Source of the DNA: Polyangiales bacterium
GTDB lineage: Bacteria; Myxococcota_A; Polyangia; Polyangiales; Polyangiaceae
NCBI GenBank assembly: GCA_038230375.1
Contig: JBBRNJ010000015.1
Coordinates: 59,665 to 123,664 of the forward strand
Direction: 5' to 3'
Length of the DNA stretch: 64,000 nucleotides
Shown here one piece after another: positions 12,547-21,531 of the stretch. Below the pieces are notes generated by a model. That model saw only the letters and a program-made list of their open reading frames with translations. It searched no databases and was not told the origin of the DNA. Every line of letters starts with the position of its first letter. Positions within the stretch are counted from its first letter, which is position 1. A program made the position numbers and the translations under genes.

Positions 12547-14921
12547 TTCCCTCCCTTTCCGCAGCGAACATCCTTTGCGATGCCGATCTTGCTCGTGGTG
12601 GACACGTCCTTGGTCTCGAGCGTCACCTCGAACGCATTGGTGTCCCCGCCGCGCTCGCAGCTGGCGAAGAGCGAGATGTCGAGCCCCAGCGGACCAAAGA
12701 CGACCGCGCCTCCAGGCCGGAGCTTCTGTCCGGAGATGTCCGCGGTGCCCTGCGTGACGACCAGCGGCCCGCCGGGCTCCGTGGGCGACAGCGCCACGTT
12801 GAAGTGCACCTCCTGGTTCTGCGTGGTCCAGACGATGCCGTCCACGCGCCCGTCGCTCTTGCCGCCTGGGTACACGCGCGCCTGCATCGTGAGCGACAGC
12901 GACGCGACGCCGTACGAAGGCGAGAGCCACAGCTCGTCAGCGCGCGTACGTGGGATGTTCACCTCGATCGTGGCCGGGCCTGATGGGTCGACAGTGAGGA
13001 CTGCGCTCTGCGATTTTGCGCCGGATGGATCCAGGCGGAGCCAGACCCGTGTGGCAAGCGGCGTACGCTCGTAGTCCACGCGGACGGGACCCACGTGCGC
13101 GCCCGCCGCGGTCTGCAGCGTGACGATGGGGGAGGTCGCGCGTGTGGACTCCTGCTCGCCGAACGCCTCGAGCGACACGTTCTCGGCGACCACGGTGGTT
13201 GTCGGGCCGAACGCACCGAGCCACGTGATGCGCGCGCCCTCGACGGAGACCTTGGGCCGGCGCCGCTGGTCCGTGTCGACGGCGCCCGTATCGTGGGCCG
13301 CACGCCATCGCGTGAGCGCGTTCTGCAGATCCGCGAGCGCGCCTGTCACCACCACGTCCAGCCCGCGCACGGTGATCGCCTGCGTATCGAGCCCGGAGAG
13401 GTCCACGTCGACTGCGTTCGCCTTTGCCGACACCCACGGCAGCTCGGGCATGCTCACCTCGACGTCAAGGAGCTTCACGCGGCTCCTGGTCACGTCGGTC
13501 TGCCCGATGGTGAGCTTGATGCCCTGCGCGGCCGCGCTCTTCACGTAGCCATCGCGCACGATGGTGGGCAACGCGAAGAGGAAGCCCGCCGCAGCCAGGA
13601 GCAAGAAGAACAGCGCGAACGCGGTGCCGCTCACCCTGCGCGGCTTCGTGATCGTGATCGCCTTGAAGTCCCCGTGCTGCGACGGCAGCCAGTTGACGTT
13701 GGGGATCTCGAGCTCCGGTTTTTTCAGCTCACCTGCCTTCGGCGGCTTGAGCTCCGCCTTCCACGACGGCGGCTTCAGGCTCTGGGGCGGCGTCGCAGGC
13801 CCGGCCTCGGGCTCGGGAGCGAACATCGCCGAAGGAGGCGGGTGGTAGGGCGGCGGCGTGGGTGGCGGCTGGTATGGGCGAGCAGAGAGCGGCGTGCCCT
13901 CACCCGGTGGGATGCTTCGCCGCATCGACACGGGCGGCGGTGTGAACTCGAAGCGTGTGCGCTCGATCTCGGCGATGCGCGCGGCCCTCTTCGCGAGCTC
14001 GGGCCCTGCAAGGTGCTCCACCCACTCGCCCACGAGCGTTGCGCGAGCGAGCGGCATCACGCGCTCGATCTCGAGCGCCATCTCTCGCGCGGTGGGCCAC
14101 CGCTGCTGCGGATCGCGGTCCACACATCTCAGGATGATCGCGTCGAGCTCGGGCGGAACACTCTCCACGAACGCGCTCGGAGGATCTACGGGCGCGCGCA
14201 GAATGGTCGCTGCGACCGCCTGATCGGTGTCGCCCTCGAACAGTCGGCGCCCCACCAGGAGCTCCCACGCAACGCAGCCTGCTGCATAGATGTCCGACGA
14301 GCGCGTGGCGGGTGCCCCGCCGAACATCTCCGGCGCCAGGTACGGGAGCTTCCCCTTCACGTGCCCCACGGCCGTGAGGTCGGAGCTGGTCGTCGCCTTC
14401 GCGATGCCGAAGTCGATCACGCGCGCCACGCCGTCCGCGCCCACGATCACGTTCTGCGGCGACACGTCGCGGTGGACGATGTTGAGCGGCTCGCCCTGCT
14501 CGTCCTTCGCCTCGTGCGCGGCATGCAGTCCCTGCAGCATCTCGCAGACGATCGCCATACCGACGGAGGGCGGCACGTTCTCGCCGCGCTTCCGCGCGCG
14601 CATGATCAGCTTCGAGAGCGCCTCACCGTGGACGTACTCCATGGCGAGGAGCACCTCGTCGTCGGTGGTGATCACGTCGAGCGGCTGCACCACGTTCGGG
14701 TGCCGGATGCGCGCGGCGAGGCGCGCCTCCTCGTAGATCATCGTGCGGCACTCGGGGTTCTGCGCCACGTGGGGCAAGAGCCGCTTGATCGCGATCGTCT
14801 TCTGGAACCCGCCCTCGGCCACCATGCGACCGAAGTGGACCTCCGCCATACCGCCCGCTGCCATCGGTCCGAAGAGACCGTAGCGGCCGACTTGAAGCAC
14901 GAGGCCCTGGCCTTCGCCCAT
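12543..14921 (-). CDS. Membrane Ser/Thr kinase with a large beta-rich extracytoplasmic domain
   Basis: HRDVSPQN, DFG and APE motifs, a Pro-rich linker, a TM helix and about 340 aa of beta-strand-like sequence. Confidence 0.9.
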   Translation of the reverse strand: MGEGQGLVLQVGRYGLFGPMAAGGMAEVHFGRMVAEGGFQKTIAIKRLLPHVAQNPECRTMIYEEARLAARIRHPNVVQPLDVITTDDEVLLAMEYVHGEALSKLIMRARKRGENVPPSVGMAIVCEMLQGLHAAHEAKDEQGEPLNIVHRDVSPQNVIVGADGVARVIDFGIAKATTSSDLTAVGHVKGKLPYLAPEMFGGAPATRSSDIYAAGCVAWELLVGRRLFEGDTDQAVAATILRAPVDPPSAFVESVPPELDAIILRCVDRDPQQRWPTAREMALEIERVMPLARATLVGEWVEHLAGPELAKRAARIAEIERTRFEFTPPPVSMRRSIPPGEGTPLSARPYQPPPTPPPYHPPPSAMFAPEPEAGPATPPQSLKPPSWKAELKPPKAGELKKPELEIPNVNWLPSQHGDFKAITITKPRRVSGTAFALFFLLLAAAGFLFALPTIVRDGYVKSAAAQGIKLTIGQTDVTRSRVKLLDVEVSMPELPWVSAKANAVDVDLSGLDTQAITVRGLDVVVTGALADLQNALTRWRAAHDTGAVDTDQRRRPKVSVEGARITWLGAFGPTTTVVAENVSLEAFGEQESTRATSPIVTLQTAAGAHVGPVRVDYERTPLATRVWLRLDPSGAKSQSAVLTVDPSGPATIEVNIPRTRADELWLSPSYGVASLSLTMQARVYPGGKSDGRVDGIVWTTQNQEVHFNVALSPTEPGGPLVVTQGTADISGQKLRPGGAVVFGPLGLDISLFASCERGGDTNAFEVTLETKDVSTTSKIGIAKDVRCGKGGK

Positions 14922-14946
14922 TGGACCTTGGATTATGGCCTGAATA

Positions 14947-16665
14947 TCAGAAGCCGTACATCACGCCGATGTCAGGACCGACACTCGGCACGAACGCGTT
15001 GCCGAACGCGAAGTTCGTGCGCAGGCCGCCAAGGAGGACAATCTTCGACGGCAACGCGTAACGAACGCCGCCGCCGACGGTGATGAAGCCGGGGCCAGTG
15101 ATCTGCCAGGCGGTCACCTTCCGCGCCGTGGGATTGCCGGTCTCGACCACGCTGACGGAGACCTGGGTCTCGAACGTGGATACGCCGCCGCCCAGGAACA
15201 GGTACGGCTGGATGCCTTGCGCCGCGACGCCGTCCTTGCCGAGGACGTAGGTACCGCGCGCCTCGAGGTGGAGCGGGGCAATGCCAAAGCGCTTGCCGTC
15301 TTGGCCTGCGGCGCTGCCCGGATAGCCGAGAAGCGCTGCACCAGCGCGAACGCCTGCGAGGATGTTCGGCGTCACTGCGTAGTCGAACGCCGCCATGAGG
15401 CGAAGGTTTCCAGGCGCGCTCCCACCGCCGACGTGGTCGGTCTGGCGCGCGGGCGTGTTGAGCTGGATCTTGGTGTTCTCCGAGCCGTCGCCCGAGCGGA
15501 GCGGGTAGTCGGAGCCGTCGTCGCGGACGCAGTAGTAGCCGCCGGAGTTGATGGGGGTCGCGGAGGTCTTGTCCGGATCGCCCGCGTCCTTCGGGTGTAG
15601 TTTACACACGTCGTCTCCGGAGCCGACGAAGCCGACGTCGAAGGAGATGTTGACGCCCACGAACATCTTGGGCGCCTTCTTCTGCACGTTCTCCGCGCAG
15701 ACGCCCTCGCTCTCGTTCTTCTTCTTCTCGCAGAGCTTGCCCTTGCAGTCGGCGTCTTCTTCGCAGGTCTCGCCGTTGTCCTTGCCGTGGGTCTCGTCGA
15801 CCTTCTTCTTGCAGCCAGGGAAGTCGGGCGGGCAGTCGCCGGTGTCGGCGCAAGCGGCGGGCGCGGCCTCACCGGGGAGGTGCGGCGCTTCCCCTTCGAT
15901 CTTCTCGCGCTTGATCGTGACCTTGTACGTGTTCTTCGGGTTGCCGCCGACGGCGACCGGATCGTTCTGATCGTTGAAGCCTTGCAGGTAGTACTGCATG
16001 GCGCCGACCTGGACGTCGACGCAGGGGATGAGGCCGCCGAAGCCGCCGGTCTCGCCCATCTTCTTGAGCTCGACGACCTTGAACTCGCTCATGCCGAGGC
16101 CCTTGTACTTGGCGACGACGCGAACCAGCTTCTCCTCACCCTTGTATTCTGCATAGACCGGCACGGGCGTGCGGTAGGTCTGCTCTGCGATCGGCGTGTG
16201 CGTGAAGTCGCCGGAAGGCTGTCCGCCGGCGTTGGGGTCCGTGGGCGTTGCCGCGCCACCGCCGCCAGCCTGCTTCTTCGCAGCGGCCCACGCGGCCTCG
16301 ATCTCCTTGGTCTTCAGATCCGGATCGAGCTGGATGTTCGGGTCAGCCTTGAGGGCCTCCACGAACATCGCCGTGCCCTTCACGGAGTCGTTCATGCCGC
16401 CGATGGCCACGACACCCAGGTTGCGACGCAGCTCCGCGCGCACCGGCGCAGAGCACTTGTCGGCGCCGCACGCGGCGATCGCCTTCTCGAGCTTTGCCTG
16501 GGCGGCAGCGAAGTCCGTGGCCAGGTAGTCCTCGTCCATGGCCTTCTTGGAGAGGGCCTTGGCAGCGGCGTCTTTGTTCTGCGCGAACGCCTCTCGCGGT
16601 GCCAGCAGGATGCCGACGCCGAGGAGCGCGATGATGAGAAAAAACAAGCCGTTTCGGATCTTCAC
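14947..16665 (-). CDS. Secreted multidomain protein, probable C-terminal outer-membrane beta-barrel
   Basis: Signal peptide ending AFA, TPR-like helices, a CPPDFPGC Cys-rich segment and amphipathic strands ending in YGF. Confidence 0.7.
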   Translation of the reverse strand: MKIRNGLFFLIIALLGVGILLAPREAFAQNKDAAAKALSKKAMDEDYLATDFAAAQAKLEKAIAACGADKCSAPVRAELRRNLGVVAIGGMNDSVKGTAMFVEALKADPNIQLDPDLKTKEIEAAWAAAKKQAGGGGAATPTDPNAGGQPSGDFTHTPIAEQTYRTPVPVYAEYKGEEKLVRVVAKYKGLGMSEFKVVELKKMGETGGFGGLIPCVDVQVGAMQYYLQGFNDQNDPVAVGGNPKNTYKVTIKREKIEGEAPHLPGEAAPAACADTGDCPPDFPGCKKKVDETHGKDNGETCEEDADCKGKLCEKKKNESEGVCAENVQKKAPKMFVGVNISFDVGFVGSGDDVCKLHPKDAGDPDKTSATPINSGGYYCVRDDGSDYPLRSGDGSENTKIQLNTPARQTDHVGGGSAPGNLRLMAAFDYAVTPNILAGVRAGAALLGYPGSAAGQDGKRFGIAPLHLEARGTYVLGKDGVAAQGIQPYLFLGGGVSTFETQVSVSVVETGNPTARKVTAWQITGPGFITVGGGVRYALPSKIVLLGGLRTNFAFGNAFVPSVGPDIGVMYGF

Positions 16666-16800
16666 AGCGGTCTCCGTTGCAAGGATGCAATGCCCTTACA
16701 ACATTTTCCGAGACCAGCGCGAAAAGATCGCAGAACCCAACGGTCCTGCGATGCTTTTGCGACGCTCTCTAGTTGCCACCACCCGCTGCTTGTAGCGGGA

Positions 16801-17931
16801 TCACTTGCCTGGCGCGCCTTCGGTTCGGATGAACTGGACGCGGCGGTTCAGTGTCCGGTTCGCTTCGGTGTTGTTCGGCACGAGCGGCTGGGACATGCCG
16901 AAGCCCTTCGAGGTGAGCCGGCCAACGTCGATGCCGTGCGAAACGAGGTACGCACGTACGGAGTCTGCGCGCGACTGCGAGAGCTTCTGGTTGTAGTTCG
17001 CGTTGCCCTTGTTGTCGGTGTGGCCCTGGACATCGATCTTGATGTTCGGGTTGTCGCGGAGGGCGTCGCGGACGGCGTCCAGGATGGGATAGCTGACCGG
17101 CTTGATGGTGGCCTTGTCGAAGTCGAACTGGATCTGCTGGGTGATCCGGATCTCCTTCGCGCTGATGGAGATGAGGCCAGGGCAGCCCGGACGCGCGCCG
17201 CCCGGCTGACCGGGGGTGTTCGGGCAGAAGTCGTCGACGTCGGCGACGGTGTCGTTGTCGTTGTCGTTGTCGGGGCAGCCGTCCTCGTCCTGGAAACCGT
17301 CGGGATCTTCCGGCTGGAGCGGGCACTTGTCCGCGGAGTCCAGGATGCCGTCGAGATCGTTGTCGGGCTCGGGGCAGCCGTCTGCGTCGAGGTAGCCGTC
17401 GATGTCCTCGGGCTCCATCATGCACGCATCCTTGGAGTCGGGGATGCCGTCCTTGTCGGTGTCGGGATCATCCGGGCAGCCGTCGAGATCCTCGTAGCCG
17501 TTGTAGGTCTCGGGGTTGTCGGGGCACTGATCGAACGAGTCGAGGATGCCGTCGCCGTCGCGATCGCCTTCCTTTGCGACCACCACGACGTCGTCCGTGC
17601 ACTTGTCACGCGGCGACAGCTCGAGGGCGGCGCGCGCGTTGGGCTCCGCGATGACGAGGTGCTTCTCGGCGTTGGTAAGCTCGCCCTGGTCGAGCTCGGT
17701 CGTGGCGAAGCGCAGGTGGCTCTGCGCAAGGGCGAGCTCACGCGGGGCGCACTTCTTTGCGCCGCTCGCGTCTGCGTCCTTCACGATCTTCTCGAGGCCG
17801 TCGATGCGGCCGCGAAGGATCGGCGCAGTGGCGCAGCCGTTCGAGAGAACGACCAGCCCGAGACTCAAGCCGGCGACGAGAAAGGTCCGTGCGATCCGGG
17901 TTCTGGATCGAAACCAGCGGATTCCGTTCAC
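16801..17931 (-). CDS. OmpA-family lipoprotein with DUF4398-like N-terminus and thrombospondin type 3 repeats
   Basis: Lipobox LSNGC, DxDxDG..D.CP repeats, GHTD, NQKLSQSRA and NRRVQF. GTG 17931. Confidence 0.9.
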   Translation of the reverse strand: MNGIRWFRSRTRIARTFLVAGLSLGLVVLSNGCATAPILRGRIDGLEKIVKDADASGAKKCAPRELALAQSHLRFATTELDQGELTNAEKHLVIAEPNARAALELSPRDKCTDDVVVVAKEGDRDGDGILDSFDQCPDNPETYNGYEDLDGCPDDPDTDKDGIPDSKDACMMEPEDIDGYLDADGCPEPDNDLDGILDSADKCPLQPEDPDGFQDEDGCPDNDNDNDTVADVDDFCPNTPGQPGGARPGCPGLISISAKEIRITQQIQFDFDKATIKPVSYPILDAVRDALRDNPNIKIDVQGHTDNKGNANYNQKLSQSRADSVRAYLVSHGIDVGRLTSKGFGMSQPLVPNNTEANRTLNRRVQFIRTEGAPGK

Positions 17932-18230
17932 TTGGTCCCCGTCTTGCCGGCCGAGATCTCGATCGCCTTCTGGGCGTACTCCTCGGCGGTCTCCGCGTAG
18001 CTGACGGCATCGCCGTAGCTTGCCTCGCTCGCTTCCACCTGCGCCTGCCGGAGATGCTCCTGCGCGTAGTAGAACTCGTAGGGTGCGTGGCGCTCGGCGC
18101 CCACGGAGCGAGCCTGCTCGACGCGCGCCGACGCGGAGTTCATGCTCGCTGCATAATACACGCTTCCACAGCCCGCTTGCGTGAGGGCGAGGAGGCCCAA
18201 CATCATCGACACAACCACGAGCCTTCGCAT
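17928..18230 (-). CDS. DUF4398-like small lipoprotein
   Basis: Lipobox QAGC and GAERHAPYEFYYAQEHLRQA. Its stop overlaps the OmpA gene start (GTGA). Confidence 0.8.
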   Translation of the reverse strand: MRRLVVVSMMLGLLALTQAGCGSVYYAASMNSASARVEQARSVGAERHAPYEFYYAQEHLRQAQVEASEASYGDAVSYAETAEEYAQKAIEISAGKTGTK

Positions 18231-18374
18231 GCTTCGGGCAGTAAACAATTCTTTGAGCGCTTCTGCAAGCACGGGATTGACCGACCACCCAGACAAACGC
18301 TTCGCCTCGTCCGTTCGGGCGTCGCAGACCAACCCCTCGTGCGCAGCACGTCGCTCGACTATCAGCGGAAGCCC

Positions 18375-19049
18375 CTAGAAACGCCGGAAGACGCCGACGA
18401 CGATTCCGAGGAGCATGGTCGGGCGGAAGTCCATCGCGCGGACCAGGATGGGAGCCATGGTCTTGTTGGCGGGCTGGAAGCGGACGTAGTCCTTTTCCGG
18501 GTAGTAGTACTTCACGGTGGCCTCGTCCCCAATGAGGGCCACGACGATGTCGCCGCGGTTGGCCGTGAGCTGCTTCTTCACGAAGATGTAGTCGCCGTTG
18601 AGGATGCCGGCGTCGATCATGGAGTCACCATGAACACGAAGACCGAAGACCTCGCGACCGCCCTTGAGGAGGCCGCGGTCGATCTTGACCGTGTCGATGA
18701 CATTCTCTTCGGCGTAGATGGGCAGGCCGGCGGCGACGCGCCCGAGGACGCGCACCTCGACGAGGTCATCATCGACGGTCGCCGCGGGCGTGAGCTCGTT
18801 CGATGGTGAGCCCGGCGGCAGGCCGTTCACGGTCCCCATGGCGGTCGGGCGCAGGGCGCGCGACTTCATGTCCTCGCGCGTGAGGTAGCCCTTGCGCTCC
18901 AGCGCACGAAGGTGATCGTTCACCCCGTTCGTAGACCGGATGCCCATGCGGGCTCCGATCTCACGAAGCGTCGGGGGGTAGCCCCGATCGGTAATGGACT
19001 GCCGAATGAAATCGAGCACCATCTGCTGACGCTGAGTGAGGCCTTGCAT
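18375..19049 (-). CDS. lexA: LexA repressor
   Basis: LTQRQ..GYPPTLREIG HTH, VAAG cleavage site, GDSM (Ser) and TVK (Lys) catalytic dyad. Confidence 0.97.
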   Translation of the reverse strand: MQGLTQRQQMVLDFIRQSITDRGYPPTLREIGARMGIRSTNGVNDHLRALERKGYLTREDMKSRALRPTAMGTVNGLPPGSPSNELTPAATVDDDLVEVRVLGRVAAGLPIYAEENVIDTVKIDRGLLKGGREVFGLRVHGDSMIDAGILNGDYIFVKKQLTANRGDIVVALIGDEATVKYYYPEKDYVRFQPANKTMAPILVRAMDFRPTMLLGIVVGVFRRF

Positions 19050-19058
19050 GCGTGTAGA

Positions 19059-19087
19059 ACAGTACTGAACGCACGTTCTAGCGTCAA
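19059..19087 (-). promoter_or_regulatory. sigma70-type lexA promoter, TTGACG-N17-TACTGT
   Basis: -35 at 19087-19082 and -10 at 19064-19059, 9 nt before the ATG. Confidence 0.8.
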
Positions 19088-19107
19088 GTAAGTTTGAACG
19101 ATTGTTT
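19065..19107. promoter_or_regulatory. LexA (SOS) boxes
   Basis: Perfect GAAC-GCAC-GTTC at 19067-19078 in the promoter spacer. Degenerate GAAC-GATT-GTTT at 19096-19107. Confidence 0.8.
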
Positions 19108-19263
19108 TACAACGATCCGTATCTACGAGTGTTTTCCTTGCGTCAGACGACGTGTGTCCCGTGGCCTTTCGTCCCCTCCCCAAACGTTCCCCGCTGGAAG
19201 GACGACCATGGCCGACCCGAGAGTTCTCCACATCTTCTCCCCATCCGCGCGTGCGGCATGCGC

Positions 19264-19995
19264 TCACTTCGACCAGGTCGCCAGGATCCTTGGTTCGAAT
19301 GGCTCTCCGTGGCATGTCGGGCAGCCGTTCGGCTTGCCATCGTTGCGCGTGAGCCCGACGACGTACACGTCGTGCATGGCGGTGCGCAGCGCCTGCGGGT
19401 CGGTGCGATCGGCGATCGTCGTCTTCCCTTGATGACACGAGTCGCAATAGAGCGGGCCCATGTCGCCGTCCTGACCGGCGGGAGAGAGCCCCAGCACGAG
19501 GTCATTCCACATATGCGACGCGATCCGCTTCCGAGGCGTCCACGCCCTGAAATCGTCCACGTGGCAGTCCTTGCACTTGATCCCCAGCGACGCGGTGAAG
19601 GTGTTCATCACCTTGCTCATCTTCGAGCGCTCGATCTTGTCGAGACGAGGAAGCTTCGAGGGATCGAGACCAGCCTCGCGAAGCTTCTCCGCCATCGTGC
19701 TGGCGCGAAGACGCGGAAGGCGCGAGGTCGAGGTCGAGGGCAAGGTCGAGGTCGAAGTCGAGGTCGAAGTCGAAGTCGAAGTCGAAGTCGAAGTCGAGGT
19801 CGGGGTCGAAGTCGAAGTCGAGGTCGAGGTCGAGGTCGAAGTCGAAGTCGGTGTCGAGGTCGAAGTTGAAGTCGGTGTCGTCGTCGGTGTCGTCCCTCCC
19901 GGCGACGTTCCCACCGCGGCAACCGCTGCCGGTGCCCCGCACGCTGCGATCATGAGTGCGAGCGGCCCGAGCGGCCCGAGCGGCCCGCGCCTCAT
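19264..19995 (-). CDS. Triheme cytochrome c lipoprotein, PufC-like repeat pattern, with Ser/Thr linker
   Basis: CKDCH, CDSCH and CPTCH, lipobox MIAAC. ATG 19995 overlaps the upstream stop (TGATG). Confidence 0.82.
   Translation of the reverse strand: MRRGPLGPLGPLALMIAACGAPAAVAAVGTSPGGTTPTTTPTSTSTSTPTSTSTSTSTSTSTSTPTSTSTSTSTSTSTSTSTSTLPSTSTSRLPRLRASTMAEKLREAGLDPSKLPRLDKIERSKMSKVMNTFTASLGIKCKDCHVDDFRAWTPRKRIASHMWNDLVLGLSPAGQDGDMGPLYCDSCHQGKTTIADRTDPQALRTAMHDVYVVGLTRNDGKPNGCPTCHGEPFEPRILATWSK
19723..19893 (-). repeat. TCGACC/TCGACT hexamer tract encoding an (ST)n linker
   Basis: (GTCGAG/GTCGAA)n on the + strand. Confidence 0.95.
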
Positions 19996-20495
19996 CAGCC
20001 GAAGCGCCCGCTCGTGGAGAGGAAGGTCAGCTTGTCGTTCGTCTCGCGCAGGCGCGCCGCAAGCAGGCGAACGCACGCCCAGAGGACCTCGTATGCCAGA
20101 TCCTTGTGCAGGAAGAGCAGCTCGTCGAAGGCGTCCTTCGTCATCACGATCAGGCGGCAGCGCTCGTGCGCGTACGCATCCGCGGAGCGCGTGGACTCGT
20201 CGAGGAGCGAGAGCTCGCCGAAGACCTCGCCCGTCGCGAGCACCGCAAGGGCCTCTTCGCCCATGCCCGAGACCTCGCGCGAGATGCGGATCTTGCCTTC
20301 CATGATGATGAACAGCTTGTCGCCAGGATCGCCGTAGCCGAAGATCTTGGTGCCCAGCGGATGCGCCTCTTCCGTCGTCGCCGCAGCGACCAGCGTGAGC
20401 GCGTCCTGTGTCAGACCATCGAAGAACGGCACGCGCGCGAGTTGCTCCTCGCGTGCGAACGTGTCGATCGAGTTCTTGACGTTGGGCTGTGTCAC
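19995..20495 (-). CDS. Stand-alone cyclic-nucleotide-binding domain protein
   Basis: GDPGDKLFIIMEG and FGELSLLD...RSA motifs, no HTH. Confidence 0.88.
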   Translation of the reverse strand: MTQPNVKNSIDTFAREEQLARVPFFDGLTQDALTLVAAATTEEAHPLGTKIFGYGDPGDKLFIIMEGKIRISREVSGMGEEALAVLATGEVFGELSLLDESTRSADAYAHERCRLIVMTKDAFDELLFLHKDLAYEVLWACVRLLAARLRETNDKLTFLSTSGRFG

Positions 20496-20530
20496 TTTGG
20501 GGCCAAGACTATTCCATCACCGCCGAAGCC

Positions 20531-21484
20531 TCAACGCGCAAGCAGCGCAACCAGCGCGATGATCGCGGCAATCACGGCCGCCAGGAGCAACAATGCGAAT
20601 ACCTTGAGGACCGTCCGAAAGGCGGATCGTCCAGGCGGAGGGGCGCTGCGCTGGCGGAGAGGCATGCCGCCCATCGCCTGTGGCGACGACGGGACGGCCG
20701 AAGGCGCCATCATGATGCCGCTGGCCGTCGCATCGCGACCCTCGTCCTCGTAGGAGAGCACTGTGTTGCTGAGGCGGCCCACCGAGATGGGCCCGGGGAC
20801 ATCGGGCGCTCGCCGGCTGAACTCCGCGACGCGCTCCGCGGGCTCGTCCACGACAAGGACCGAGACGCCGAGCCTGAGCATGCGGCGATTGTCCCAGCGC
20901 GCACGACGCTGAGGGACGAGGCGCGTGTAGCCGAGCCACGAGCCGCGCGTGCTCGTGCGGTCCATCACGACGATGCCTTCCTTCTTGCGGACGACCTCCA
21001 GGTGATCGCGGGACACGTTGCGGTCCTCGACCTTGAGGTCGGCCTTGGGGCCGCGGCCCACGACGTACACGCGCCCCTCTTCCTTCAGCGCAAGGACGTG
21101 ACCGACGCTCGGTCCCTCGGTGACGCGGACGGTGGGCCAGGGCGGCGGCCGCAGGAACTCCTCGCTGTCGGCGTCATCCGATTCGTCGGATGTGTGCCGC
21201 AGCTCCATGAGAACGTCGCCAACGCGGATTGGATCACCGATGCGGACGACGCGGAAGCTGTCTTCGGCGATCGGCACCTCGCCAACGCTACATTCCTCGT
21301 CCCCCTGGAGGAACCACTCGCCGCCACGACATGACAGCTTTGCGTGCAGCTTCCGGACGTTGGGCGCGTCGATCTCGATGGCCGAGTCCGGCCCTGCACC
21401 GAGCGTCAGGGGCTCGCCGTTCAGCGGAAACTTGCGCAACGAATCGAAGCGCCCCGCGGGATAAACGACGAGCGTGAGCCCCAT
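20531..21484 (-). CDS. Double FHA-domain membrane protein
   Basis: VVGRG...VSRDH...STRGSW FHA, a degenerate N-terminal FHA and a C-terminal TM anchor. Confidence 0.8.
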   Translation of the reverse strand: MGLTLVVYPAGRFDSLRKFPLNGEPLTLGAGPDSAIEIDAPNVRKLHAKLSCRGGEWFLQGDEECSVGEVPIAEDSFRVVRIGDPIRVGDVLMELRHTSDESDDADSEEFLRPPPWPTVRVTEGPSVGHVLALKEEGRVYVVGRGPKADLKVEDRNVSRDHLEVVRKKEGIVVMDRTSTRGSWLGYTRLVPQRRARWDNRRMLRLGVSVLVVDEPAERVAEFSRRAPDVPGPISVGRLSNTVLSYEDEGRDATASGIMMAPSAVPSSPQAMGGMPLRQRSAPPPGRSAFRTVLKVFALLLLAAVIAAIIALVALLAR

Positions 21485-21531
21485 TCCGCACCCAGTTTAC
21501 AAGAACCCGCGCGGAAAAGAGCAACTTCGAG

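Noticed and set aside
19264..19995. PufC-like cytochrome as evidence of photosynthesis
   Set aside because: Only three hemes, and no pufLM, bch or crt genes nearby.
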